A DNA stretch of 64,000 bases from Waterburya sp. (GCA_965217895.1 CBDCJV010000002.1:1440001-1504000), one strand, 5' to 3'; shown: positions 10,127 through 19,801, counted from the first letter of the stretch. The notes: generated by a model from the letters alone, not told the origin. Numbers and translations: made by a program.

Positions 10127-10204
10127 CTAAAATAACGTCTTTTCAATTACAATCACAATTGGCGATCGCTCAAATAGAACAGCCCCAACGATCGCCACAA
10201 GATT
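10031..10204 (+). repeat. ~174-bp imperfect direct repeat, copy 1 (3' end of the NDH-2 gene plus dead start of the small downstream gene)
   Basis: Aligns by eye with 11367-11539; both copies start at GCGATCGC. Confidence 0.9.
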
Positions 10205-10206
10205 TT

Positions 10207-10435
10207 TTCACGTTAGCACCATAAATTTTGTCTGTTCGATCATTCTTTACAATGCTCCTTTTCGCGCTTCTTGTAATAACTCGGTGTAGCTTTTTAATTT
10301 TCTACCAACAAGATTGTTGAAGCTAGCCATAATATCTTTACCAACGTGCTTAGCGCAAATAGTACTATTCTGCACTAACCCAAAATGTTTAATGATTTCT
10401 TTTCCAGTTACTCCTTCTAGAGTAGTGATAATCAT
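10207..10435 (-). pseudogene. YbjQ/UPF0145 family pseudogene
   Basis: MIITTLEGVTGKEIIKHFGLVQNSTICAKHVGKDIMASFNNLVGRKLKSYTELLQEARKGAL*RMIEQ; internal stop, then truncated. Confidence 0.8.
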
Positions 10436-10616
10436 GCCACTATTCTTAGATAAACCCTGACAAGAAGACGTTGATGTCACGATTATATTAATATCTGCTT
10501 ATATTTTTGAGCGATTTTATCTTATAGAGTTCCCTAAAATAAGTAAATAATTAATAGTATGGGAAAAGAACAATCCGATGAATTGCACTTTTCCCTATAG
10601 TCATCAAAACAGTTAG

Positions 10617-11006
10617 CTATAAAACATCACAATCTGGGTCAAAGCTAGTCTGAGTATTGATAGTACTAGGTATTACTTGGTTTTGAATTACAACCTGACT
10701 AGGATCGGATGTGGTTGTAATTGTGTCAAGTGTAGTTGTTGTTGTGCTTTCGCTACCTGTACCAAATACGCCCAGCCACAATCCATCGGCATATTCGACA
10801 TCGACTAAATCATATCCTTCGTCCCATCGACCTTGAATTGCCCATGTAAATTCATCAATGCCACCGCCAGTTGAGTAAGCACTGAAGCCAGGATTATCGC
10901 CAAAAGTTCCAAACCACAATCCATCGGCATATTCGACATCGACTAAATCATATCCTTCGTCCCATCGACCTTGAATTGCCCATGTAAATTCATCAATGCT
11001 ACCGCC
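10617..11006 (-). pseudogene. 5'-truncated relic of a 46-aa tandem-repeat protein (IQGRWDEGYDLVDVEYADGLW; DUF7477-like)
   Basis: Identical ~85-nt blocks at 10776-10860 and 10914-10998 (138-nt period); the apparent GTG start lies within the adjacent IS-like end. Confidence 0.65.
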
Positions 11007-11210
11007 ACTCACCGCCCTAAAAGGAACAGTGATTCTAGGGATTAGGGATTGGGAATTAGGGATTAGGGATTAGGGATTAATAAGGCGCGTTTTTTGTGTG
11101 AAGATTCATACAAAAAAGCCGCCGTCGGCTACGTAGAAATTTCCGTACCCAGTCCCCCAGCCCCAATCGTCATAAATGACGGGGCTTTAAACCCATTTAT
11201 TAAATGGTAA
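11007..11210 (-). mobile_element. Non-autonomous IS200/IS605 (IS608-type) miniature element carrying TAGGGAT-type heptamers
   Basis: Minus strand: TTAC-CATTTAATAAATGGGTTT-AAAG-CCCCGTCATTTATGACG left end; GAAT-CACTGTTCCTTTTAGGGCGGTGAGT right end lacking the terminal TCAA. Confidence 0.75.
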
Positions 11211-11366
11211 GAAGATGTCATTATTATGTTTGATAATTTGTATTATATTATAAGTGTCAGGTTACAAAATCATATAGTTTTAGCAATTTAACAATTTAAG
11301 TTTTAAATCATATTATCGATAGTTGTTGATAGATCGCGATCGCTAATAAAGCTTTTGTAGAGTATA

Positions 11367-11539
11367 GCGATCGCCGTAATTACTGGTTTAATAGCAGTAT
11401 GGCAAATAACTCAGCCTTCGCCTCAGCAACAGTCCACTCAAAAGCAAAGTGCGATCGATTAACTAAATGATGTTTTCTCAATTACAATCACAATTGACGA
11501 TCGCTCAGGTAGAACAGCCTCAACGATCGCAGCAAGATT
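11367..11539 (+). repeat. ~173-bp imperfect direct repeat, copy 2
   Basis: Aligns with 10031-10204; holds the intact ATG of the 78-aa gene. Confidence 0.9.
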
Positions 11540-11703
11540 CTCTGATTGATTATGGGGCGGAACATCTAATCGATTTTGGCGTTGTTTTGATTGTCTTCAC
11601 GCTCATAATCATTGTTGGCATGATTAGCAAGCAAACGGCAAAAGCACTGCTTTTTGCTTTGGCGTTGTCTACTTTTTTAATTATTATTCTGTGGAATATA
11701 TAG
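11467..11703 (+). CDS. Small membrane protein with two hydrophobic helices
   Basis: FGVVLIVFTLIIIVGMI and ALLFALALSTFLIIILW. Confidence 0.6.
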   Translation: MMFSQLQSQLTIAQVEQPQRSQQDSLIDYGAEHLIDFGVVLIVFTLIIIVGMISKQTAKALLFALALSTFLIIILWNI

Positions 11704-11774
11704 TTTTTTTATGACATAACTAAAGGGTGAGGAATTTTTTAACAAGTTAAGTATAGTCAGTCATAATCATCTAA

Positions 11775-13124
11775 ATGATTAGTCCAGAATATTATTTCAT
11801 CAGTGACCTTCACATTGGTGGTGAGGGAAATTTAACAGTTTGTGATTTTGAAACCGAATTGATTGATTTTTTGCAGCTTTTAGAAGGCAAAACCAATTCT
11901 ACCGAGTTAATTATCGTCGGTGATGCCTTTAGCTTTTGGGAGATGACGCGCACTTCACCCACAGAAAAATTAGAAATTATTATTGAGCAGCATCCGAGAT
12001 TGTTCGAGCAGTTTAAACGCACAGGTGAAAGCATCAAAATTACTCTGCTGCCAGGAAATCATGACTACGAACTCGCCTGTCATGCTGAATTTAAACAAAC
12101 GCTTCAAGCGTACAACATCAATTTAGAAGCCAAAGAAGCTATTACTCGCCAGATACAGGGAAAAACCATCTGGCTCGAACATGGCAATCAGCACGATAGC
12201 TTTAATCGAATTGCTGATTTCGGCAATCCTTATGTTACACCTATTGGTTACTATATTGTCAGTCAAATTGTCGATGGGTTAGTAGAAAGGTCACGTCTCG
12301 GTAAATATCGCTGGCTCAAAGATATTGAATCAGTATATCCCAATGAGCAAATTCCCTACTGGTTTTTTTCTAACTATTTTTACAAAGAAATGAGCCTTTG
12401 GTTGCGCTGGATTTTGTTACCTTTTTTGCTATTGCTCAGCGTCAGTGCTTTTATATTAATTAGTGCTGTCTTAGAACGAGCAGGAATTGTTAGCAGTGGC
12501 TTCTTTTCCAAACCCTGGCTAGCATTTTTGCACAATTTTGGGTTTGCAGGCAAAGCTTTGGATTTTACAGTAAACCTAGTTTTATTTATCGATACGCTAT
12601 TTCTAGGAAGCTTAATTTTAGTATTAATTCCTTTATTATTTGTGTTTAGAGATATTAAAAAAACTTTGCGTCGATATGGCTATAAAGGTAAAAAAGGTTT
12701 AAAGATTCACAAACAAAGTTACTATCTTCAAGCTGCACAGCAGGTTTTTGAAAAAGACAAAAATGTTTTTGCTTTTGTCTACGGACATACTCACCAACCT
12801 TCGTTAACTAAGATAGACGATAAAGACCCTGATTCAGGCGATCGCTATGTCCTCAATACTGGTAGCTGGCTCAAAAAACTAAAGCGAATTTCTTCTATTT
12901 TTCGTTTTCTGCCAGCAGTTTACTATCCTTCTTTTCAACTGAATTATTTTAAGATTTTTGTTAACAATAACCAAATTGAAATTCTTTATGAGTGCATACC
13001 CAAACAGGTTGAGTCTGGTTTAACGCCTTTGGAAAAGCTAGCAATAATCGGTCGAAAAAAACAAAAACCAATTTCAATTGCGCCAAGAACTATTATTCAA
13101 CAGTCTGAACGCAGCAAAATTTAG
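11775..13124 (+). CDS. Calcineurin-like metallophosphoesterase (LpxH-like) with internal transmembrane segment
   Basis: SDLH, GD, GNHD, HG, GHTH, NTGSW motifs; long hydrophobic stretch between HG and GHTH. Confidence 0.8.
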   Translation: MISPEYYFISDLHIGGEGNLTVCDFETELIDFLQLLEGKTNSTELIIVGDAFSFWEMTRTSPTEKLEIIIEQHPRLFEQFKRTGESIKITLLPGNHDYELACHAEFKQTLQAYNINLEAKEAITRQIQGKTIWLEHGNQHDSFNRIADFGNPYVTPIGYYIVSQIVDGLVERSRLGKYRWLKDIESVYPNEQIPYWFFSNYFYKEMSLWLRWILLPFLLLLSVSAFILISAVLERAGIVSSGFFSKPWLAFLHNFGFAGKALDFTVNLVLFIDTLFLGSLILVLIPLLFVFRDIKKTLRRYGYKGKKGLKIHKQSYYLQAAQQVFEKDKNVFAFVYGHTHQPSLTKIDDKDPDSGDRYVLNTGSWLKKLKRISSIFRFLPAVYYPSFQLNYFKIFVNNNQIEILYECIPKQVESGLTPLEKLAIIGRKKQKPISIAPRTIIQQSERSKI

Positions 13125-13145
13125 CTCATCTTAAAATTTAAAAAT

Positions 13146-14159
13146 TCAAATAGAAGGAATGTTAATCTTTAATTTTAGTGCAGGATTGTTTTCCCAGCGA
13201 TCGGCTACGTGGGCGTAAATACAGGTAGTTCGGGGATCGCTATGTCCTAATAAATCCTGTACTTGGCGCAGTTCTGCTCCCGATCGCAGTGCTAATGTAC
13301 CAGCCGTATGTCTGAGGCTATGGGCAGAAACCGTTCTCCCAGGAGTATGCTTAAGACAAGCTTGCTCTAGATATTTATCAACTACTAATCTAATACCGCG
13401 ACGGGAGATCCTATTACCAATGGAATTTGTACCTGTGGCAATAAATAATGGTCTAGTAGGCTTTAACACTTCTCCTCTTACTTCTCGTTGATGCAGATAA
13501 TCAACCAAAAGATCGGCAATATCAGGCGTAAGCGGAACAACGCGAATGCTTCTTTTACCTTCTACTCTAATGCCCAGGTTTCCTCCCTGTCTAACCAAGC
13601 TGGCAATATCAGCACGGTGAAGTTCAACAGTGCGAGGTCCTTCTAAAGCCATAATTGCTAACATGGCTTTATCCCTAGCAGATTTTAGAGTGCCATCATT
13701 AGGAATAATACCTAAAAGGCTTTCTACTTCTGTTTGCTCTAAATAAGTAATTTTCTCGGCTGGATCGCGTTTTTCTCGTGGTGGTTTAACTCCCGTGGCA
13801 GGATTAAAAGAAATTAAGCCTTTTTCTACCCCAGCCTGATAAAAACGGCGCACTACGGCAAGCTTTAAAGCAATAGTGGCTGGTTTATATTCCCTTTGCT
13901 TAATCATCCAGTGACGATACTTTTTAATGTCGTCTTTTGTTACCATTACTGGATTTAACTGACGGCGATCGCACCAATTTAAAAACTGCTGTAGCTGCCG
14001 AGTGTATGTCTTAAGGGTATCTGTAGAGGCATCCCCCGCACTCACGTCTATATCCAAAAATTCAGCAAAAACTACTAAGAGGTTATTGGTGGTAACGAGG
14101 CTCAATTGGCTTGGATTAGTAGTAGCTAGCATTAGTTTGATGCGCCTAATTTGGCACAA
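13146..14159 (-). CDS. Tyrosine recombinase/integrase, XerC/D-like, with N-terminal SAM-like domain
   Basis: GPRTVEL (catalytic R), HSLRH, LLGH, TTCIY; TLKTY...FLNW N-terminal domain. Confidence 0.92.
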   Translation of the reverse strand: MCQIRRIKLMLATTNPSQLSLVTTNNLLVVFAEFLDIDVSAGDASTDTLKTYTRQLQQFLNWCDRRQLNPVMVTKDDIKKYRHWMIKQREYKPATIALKLAVVRRFYQAGVEKGLISFNPATGVKPPREKRDPAEKITYLEQTEVESLLGIIPNDGTLKSARDKAMLAIMALEGPRTVELHRADIASLVRQGGNLGIRVEGKRSIRVVPLTPDIADLLVDYLHQREVRGEVLKPTRPLFIATGTNSIGNRISRRGIRLVVDKYLEQACLKHTPGRTVSAHSLRHTAGTLALRSGAELRQVQDLLGHSDPRTTCIYAHVADRWENNPALKLKINIPSI

Positions 14160-14253
14160 TCATAACATAGCCATTTGATTTGGCTAGATATTGGGCATCA
14201 GCGTCCAAAAAATAAAGTAATGAACTCAAATCAACAAAAACAAGCTAAAAAGC

Positions 14254-14295
14254 TTACCATCGCTTTGGGTTTAAAGCCTCGCCGTGAACGGCGAC
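14254..14295 (+). mobile_element. Isolated IS608-type left end
   Basis: TTAC-CATCGCTTTGGGTTT-AAAG-CC-TCGCCGTGAACGGCGA, same layout as the ends at 11210 and 53150. Confidence 0.6.
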
Positions 14296-14336
14296 TTGCT
14301 CGTAGTTATTAGATTTATTAGATTGCTGGTAAATTA

Positions 14337-15488
14337 TTAAACACCTACTTGAGCCAAAATACTTTGAGCTAGTTCTTTCAAGTATTTCTCTCTGGCTACC
14401 ATAGCTGGACTAGGTTCAAGCCCCAATGCGCCCAACATATCTCGCCAGCGATATGCCCAATCATGCTTAAGTAAAGAGTTAGCAACGTTAGTGCGACTAA
14501 TTCGCTCTAGTCTTTCAGGTTGAGCATCCAGTTCAGCAATTGTCTCAACCACGTCCGTACCCGAAAAATCCACTTTAATAATGGCATCTTCCCAATCAAA
14601 ATAATGAGGGAAAGCATCTCCTCCTGGCGGCATACCTATCATTACTGTTCCCGCTGCTGCACCTTCAAAAAAGCGGTAGCCGATTTCCTGAGTTCCTCCA
14701 GTTTCTGCTGCCTCATTAAACTTAGCGTAGTTAGTAATGTTATAACGGCTTCTTTGAAATAAACCAGCTAACAAAAGGCGATGTTCTCTAGGGTTGCCAA
14801 TTTCTAGCTTACCTTTGACAGTATCGTAATAATAGAAGAAATTGTCTTCTTCTGCTTTTTTGATCAAAGCGTCGTGGATAATAGGCGATCGCCTGCCTAC
14901 ATAAGATACGTCAATTGAACGTTGAGGAGGATCGGGATAGGGAGAAAATCTTAGAGTATCAACTGCTGGCGGGATATAAGTTACAGGAGGTTCAATTAAT
15001 TTGCTCAAGCCTTCAAGACACCGAGTTACTCCTAAAAACACATGATCGAAACTTGACCAAGGCTCTTTAAATAATCGCCAGTTTTGTAAATCAGGTTCCC
15101 ACATTTCAGCAATAAAACAGGCTGTGCGACGACATTTATCCTGCCATCCTTTGATAGATTCTAATAAGTGCATTTGCCAAGGATTATCTAGTATGGCAAA
15201 TAGTAAGTCGTATTCACGATCTAAAGTTAACTCTTCTGGAAAAGGGGCAACTTTAGCAGCGAAACTATTAGAAAAACCTGCATATTTTGCTGTACGGTAT
15301 ATTTTTCTGGCAAAGTCAGACTCCCCTTTGGGTTCATACAATTGAGCAGACTCTAAATCTTTTAGTAAATCTTCAAACTCATAGATACAGCAATTTGCTG
15401 CTTGAAATCGGTATCCGCGGACAGAAACAACTAGAATACGAGGTGATTCTAACTTATCTGTATTTACAGAAGAAGAACTAATTGACAT
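14337..15488 (-). CDS. Glycosyltransferase (CgeB/Glyco_trans_1_2-like)
   Basis: DVSYVGRR, EIGYRFFEGAAAG, LLKHDWAYRW. Confidence 0.75.
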   Translation of the reverse strand: MSISSSSVNTDKLESPRILVVSVRGYRFQAANCCIYEFEDLLKDLESAQLYEPKGESDFARKIYRTAKYAGFSNSFAAKVAPFPEELTLDREYDLLFAILDNPWQMHLLESIKGWQDKCRRTACFIAEMWEPDLQNWRLFKEPWSSFDHVFLGVTRCLEGLSKLIEPPVTYIPPAVDTLRFSPYPDPPQRSIDVSYVGRRSPIIHDALIKKAEEDNFFYYYDTVKGKLEIGNPREHRLLLAGLFQRSRYNITNYAKFNEAAETGGTQEIGYRFFEGAAAGTVMIGMPPGGDAFPHYFDWEDAIIKVDFSGTDVVETIAELDAQPERLERISRTNVANSLLKHDWAYRWRDMLGALGLEPSPAMVAREKYLKELAQSILAQVGV

Positions 15489-15724
15489 AGATAAATCTCA
15501 ATAGTAAATAATTAAAAATAAGGGAGATTGAAATCTAATTACGTTGCACATTACTAATTAATGCACCAAGCAATCTTTGGCTACTTAATCTAAATGAAGC
15601 CGTAGCACAATACCGTGATTTTTAGCTTGATTATGAATTAAGAATAAATAATTGACAATAATAATTTAGATCTATTTTAACCGAACTTTTCTTGATGTCA
15701 TTCTAGCAATTGACCACTACCGAA

Positions 15725-16873
15725 TTATTGAGCTAACTTTGTCAAACTAGCATTTTGATAATAGTGAGCCAGAATCCGATGATAATCAACTCCTTGTTTA
15801 GCTAAATAGTAAGCACCCCATTGACTTAAGCCTAATCCATGACCAAAACCGCGACCTCTAACTAGAAGATTATTTCCTTCGGCCGAGATTCTAAATAAAG
15901 TACTGCGAAGATCTAAGGCTGCACGCAAATCCTTACCACTTACATCTGTAGTACCGCGATCGCCCGTAACTTTCATGGTAATTATCCGACCATGAGGAGT
16001 CATTTTTTCGGGCTGTAAGCCTTTTATGTTGCCCACGCTAGCAACTAAAGTTTGAATTTTGCTTACAGGAACTGTTTCTTGCCATTGAAATACAGGAGAC
16101 TGCTGATCGTAATCTACTACTCCTCGAAGATAGGGTAAAGGAGAACTCCAAACGTCCTCCACGTTTTCGGTGTATCCGCCAGAAGAAGAATGAAAAGCGG
16201 CTAAAATAACCTTGTTGTGGTAAGTCATAATCTGACCATGAGTATCGTCAACTGCCTCATGGGTTGTCGTATATTCGGTATCTAAACCCTTATATACTTG
16301 AGTGCCAACGGTTGTGTCTAGATCGTAGATACTATTAGCCTCTGTATTGCGTTTATATAAAGCATAGGAACGAGCAGCAACCGCCTGAGCTTTTAAAGCT
16401 TCAATAGGCCAACTAGAAACCGCTTCTGCCCCTACTACACTATATAGATACTGTTCCAAATCAACGTAATTGATTGCGGTTAAGCTATCTCCCTGACGAA
16501 TTATATGAGTTCGTCCCCGATACCAGCGATCGCCAATCCAAACATAACCATTGTCTTGAGGTTCAATAATTAATTCCTCTCCATTGACGCGGTTATTAAT
16601 TGTGATCCCATTACCCTGTGGTTGAGCAGCCAAAGAAGACATCGGATTTAGCTGACCAATCTGTTTCCCTGTGCCATCTTTAACAATAGCCTCTGTAGAA
16701 CTGCCGACTTTAAGGCTATCAACTTCTTTTTGAACTGCTACTCTTAACTCCAATGCCTGAGCAGGTAAGACAAATAAAAGCCAAACCAGCCCAGAAAATA
16801 GCCAGAATTGTTGACGAGGGAAAAATACAGATTTAACAATAAAATTTATGGATTTTAGATTTTGCAATATCAT
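15725..16873 (-). CDS. SpoIID/LytB domain protein
   Basis: LEQYLYSVVGAE, EALKAQAVAARSYA, FHSSSGG, GRGFGHGLGLSQWGA, ILAHYY. Confidence 0.92.
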   Translation of the reverse strand: MILQNLKSINFIVKSVFFPRQQFWLFSGLVWLLFVLPAQALELRVAVQKEVDSLKVGSSTEAIVKDGTGKQIGQLNPMSSLAAQPQGNGITINNRVNGEELIIEPQDNGYVWIGDRWYRGRTHIIRQGDSLTAINYVDLEQYLYSVVGAEAVSSWPIEALKAQAVAARSYALYKRNTEANSIYDLDTTVGTQVYKGLDTEYTTTHEAVDDTHGQIMTYHNKVILAAFHSSSGGYTENVEDVWSSPLPYLRGVVDYDQQSPVFQWQETVPVSKIQTLVASVGNIKGLQPEKMTPHGRIITMKVTGDRGTTDVSGKDLRAALDLRSTLFRISAEGNNLLVRGRGFGHGLGLSQWGAYYLAKQGVDYHRILAHYYQNASLTKLAQ

Positions 16874-17430
16874 TCTCTCGATAGTTACTTTTTGATAAAA
16901 AGATTGCCTTCAATATATTGCTGTATTTTATAGACTATGACAATAAAGATTTCGACAAGATTTTTTAGATAGTGCTTTGTGGCAACTTTACAGCGAAGCC
17001 ATATTAACTTCTTTTAAGCTTCTTTTGGAAAACGTTGCTTTAGATCATTTTGACTCTTCTCAACTTAGCTTTAAGATGGGTAAGCCCCGATCTAATAACC
17101 CGTTTTCTAAAACTCAATCTAGTCTTTGTTAACTTTTATAGCAGGAAAAGCGATCGCAATATGGAGTTAGCTTTTTTTGCTAATGGTAATAATAAAGATC
17201 GTTAACTATTTTAAAACCAAAGTAATTTACCTGATATTCATCTCCGCTTCATCTGTAAATCATTGTGTTTATCAATTTACAGTCTTTAATCGATACAACT
17301 ATATTGGGTAAGTAATAGTATAAATGGCGACAAGTGTAGACGGTGATCAATTCTTTTTATCTAACCCGAACTACTTCGCTTAAATATTAAATAAATATTT
17401 TTGGTTTTATATATCAAAGCTTTCCCTAAT

Positions 17431-17807
17431 ATGAAAAATAGAGAGTTTTATAAACTTTTAAAAAAAATAAATTAAATACTAATTCTGGTTTTACTCTAAC
17501 TGAATTACTGGTTGGCTTATTTATGAGCATCTTTGTAATAGGTACATTGGGCTTTAGTTTAGTAACCGTGTTAAGCACTACTCAAAGTGAAGATTCTAAA
17601 GTAAAAGCCAGAACAGAAAACTCTCGCGCTTTGGATTCTATCTCTGATGAGGTTAGACAAGCTAAAACAGTTGCAACGAATCCTACTGGTGCTGGTAAGA
17701 CTTTCGATCTTACTACTGAAACTGTAGTTTTAGTACTAGATATTCCGAAAAGAAGATCGACTCAAAACATATACTCTCAAGGCAATGCTGAAACAATTAG
17801 GGATTAG
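17431..17807 (+). pseudogene. Type IV pilin-like (prepilin N-methylation) gene, frameshifted in an A8 run and apparently truncated
   Basis: NSG/FTLTELLVGLFMSIFVIG is in the 17523 frame; ATG 17431 joins this frame only if the A8 run at 17460-17467 gains one A. Confidence 0.7.
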
Positions 17808-17943
17808 AGAAGATGAGATCTGAAGATAATAATGCGAAAAATCGTTTTTTCCCTGCTGCTTTAACTTCAGATCTAGATGATGGTGGATATATTGCTAAGT
17901 CGGCTAAAGGTCAGACACTCTGTTAAAATCATGTCAAGATTAT

Positions 17944-18055
17944 AGTCACAGATTACTTCGTCTAGCCCACGCTCATAAATACCTGGGGAAACCCCTGCAA
18001 GGGAATGCTTTTTGATATCGAACCCTTTAGGATGTCTTTTCGCGCTGCTGTGACT
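17944..18055 (+). other. Structured intergenic element, AGTCACAGATTAC family, copy 1
   Basis: agtcacagattact at the start; closing ctgctgtgact pairs with it. Confidence 0.5.
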
Positions 18056-18190
18056 GTCGATCGAGTTGAACAACCAGTTAAATCATCAATTGATTATTTA
18101 GTTGCATTTAATTACATCATCGAAGTTCTTAATAAAGCGTCGAACTTACAACACGATACAAACTCAGTAGGAAAATAAGTTTCCTCTATA

Positions 18191-18877
18191 TTGAACAATC
18201 CTCAAAACAATTGCATACTATCAGCATTACCAGAAAGAGAATATCAGCGTTTTAGTGATTGTCTTGAACCAGTTAAACTCACTTTAAATGAAATTTTGTT
18301 GCAACCCAATCAGCAAAGTGAATTATTATATTTCCCCACTCAAGGAATTGTATCTTTAGTTTCAGTAATAGACGGTAATTCAACCACAGAAATTGGGTTA
18401 ATGGGTCGAGAAGGAATAGTGGGAATAATACCATTCTTAGGCAAAGGAGTATCTCATAGCCAATCTATCGTTCAATCTCCAGGATGGGCAATGGGAGTTG
18501 AGGCAGACGCACTGCAAGCAGAATACGATCGCGGTGAAATGCTACAAAAACTACTGCTACGCTACACCTTGAAACTGTTCAATCAGGTAAGCCAATGTTC
18601 TGCCTGTAATAATCACCATACTGTCCAGCAGCGAACTGCTCGCTGGTTGTTGATGCTTGACGATCGCAGTGATCGAGAAACACTATTCATGACTCACCAA
18701 CTGCTTGCCAAGATGTTGGGAGTCAGACGTACTGGAGTTACCGAAGTCGCCAAGGAATTTCAGCGACAGGGAATTATTGACTACCACCGAGGAAAAATTA
18801 AAATTCTAGATCGCCAAGCATTAGAAACAGTTGCTTGTGAGTGCTATCAAGTTCTCAAAGATTGGTCTTCTATTTGA
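18191..18877 (+). CDS. Crp/Fnr family transcriptional regulator
   Basis: cNMP-domain-like N-terminus, RTARWLL, LAKMLGVRRTGVT HTH, C-terminal CECY. Confidence 0.9.
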   Translation: MNNPQNNCILSALPEREYQRFSDCLEPVKLTLNEILLQPNQQSELLYFPTQGIVSLVSVIDGNSTTEIGLMGREGIVGIIPFLGKGVSHSQSIVQSPGWAMGVEADALQAEYDRGEMLQKLLLRYTLKLFNQVSQCSACNNHHTVQQRTARWLLMLDDRSDRETLFMTHQLLAKMLGVRRTGVTEVAKEFQRQGIIDYHRGKIKILDRQALETVACECYQVLKDWSSI

Positions 18878-19078
18878 GGCGTTGCTGATTTTAGATCGAT
18901 AACTATTAAAAATTATTGACTAATTGTGTCCGCTAGAGGACATAAATAATTTTGATTTATTAGTATTCTTAATATAGTGCAATTGATCTTAAGATCTCGT
19001 ATCAATAATCTCTAGGTTATTGAAGCTGAAATTTTGAGCAGTATTGTATTTAGATTTTAATAAATAAATATACTTAAA

Positions 19079-19801
19079 GTGTGTTTACACAATATACAAG
19101 ATAAACCAATCAATCGGCTTCTAGCTGCTTTGCCTCAAGAAGATTATCAACGCCTTCATCCTGATTTAGAATTTGTAGAGCTTCCTCAGCATCAAGTGCT
19201 TTTTCATGCTGGAGAACACTATCAATATGCTTACTTTCCTTCCCACTCGATTGTTTCTAGCGTTGCGATCATGGAAAATGGTTCTACCACAGAAATTGGA
19301 GTTATTGGTAATGAGGGCATGGTGGGATTGCCCATTGTCTTAGAAACTAGCTATACAAATTCTACTGCGATCGTTCAGGTGGGTGGCGATGGTTATCGAA
19401 TTACTGCCCAACGACTACAAAAAGAGTTAAACCGCCAAGGAGCTTTTAAAAAACTGCTAATGCGCTATATTCAAGCTCGAATAATTCAGCTTGGTCAAAC
19501 CGCTGCTTGTAATCGCTATCATAATCTCGAACAGCGATTTGCGCGTTGGTTGCTATCGGTACGAGACAGTATCCAAAAAGATGAATATCAGCTAACTCAA
19601 GAATTTATCTCGCAAATGTTAGGAGTGCGCCGTACTGGAGTTACCGAAGTAGCCAGCAAATTTCAAGAAGCAGGAATAATTCACTATAAACGTGGCTTGA
19701 TAAAGATTGACTCTAAAGAGAAGCTAGAGGCTGCTACCTGCGAATGTTATTGGCTGATTGCCAGAGAATATTCTCGGTTACTCGATTCACTCTCTCTCTA
19801 A
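19079..19801 (+). CDS. Crp/Fnr family transcriptional regulator (tandem paralogue)
   Basis: NRLLAALP, GNEGMVG, RFARWLL, LTQEFISQMLGVRRTGVT, CECY. Confidence 0.92.
   Translation: MCLHNIQDKPINRLLAALPQEDYQRLHPDLEFVELPQHQVLFHAGEHYQYAYFPSHSIVSSVAIMENGSTTEIGVIGNEGMVGLPIVLETSYTNSTAIVQVGGDGYRITAQRLQKELNRQGAFKKLLMRYIQARIIQLGQTAACNRYHNLEQRFARWLLSVRDSIQKDEYQLTQEFISQMLGVRRTGVTEVASKFQEAGIIHYKRGLIKIDSKEKLEAATCECYWLIAREYSRLLDSLSL

Noticed and set aside
10009..10224. 71-aa ORF
   Set aside because: Alternative-frame read-through into the dead copy of the duplicated small-gene start
10776..10998. Possible CRISPR-like repeat-spacer unit
   Set aside because: Only two copies, about 85 nt long, with an in-frame 138-nt period; it is a protein repeat and there are no cas genes
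11037..11080. Telomere-like TTAGGG repeats
   Set aside because: The unit is the heptamer TTAGGGA, a typical cyanobacterial short tandem repeat, lying inside a miniature element
17873..18073. 66-aa minus-strand ORF
   Set aside because: No recognisable motifs; overlaps the structured non-coding element
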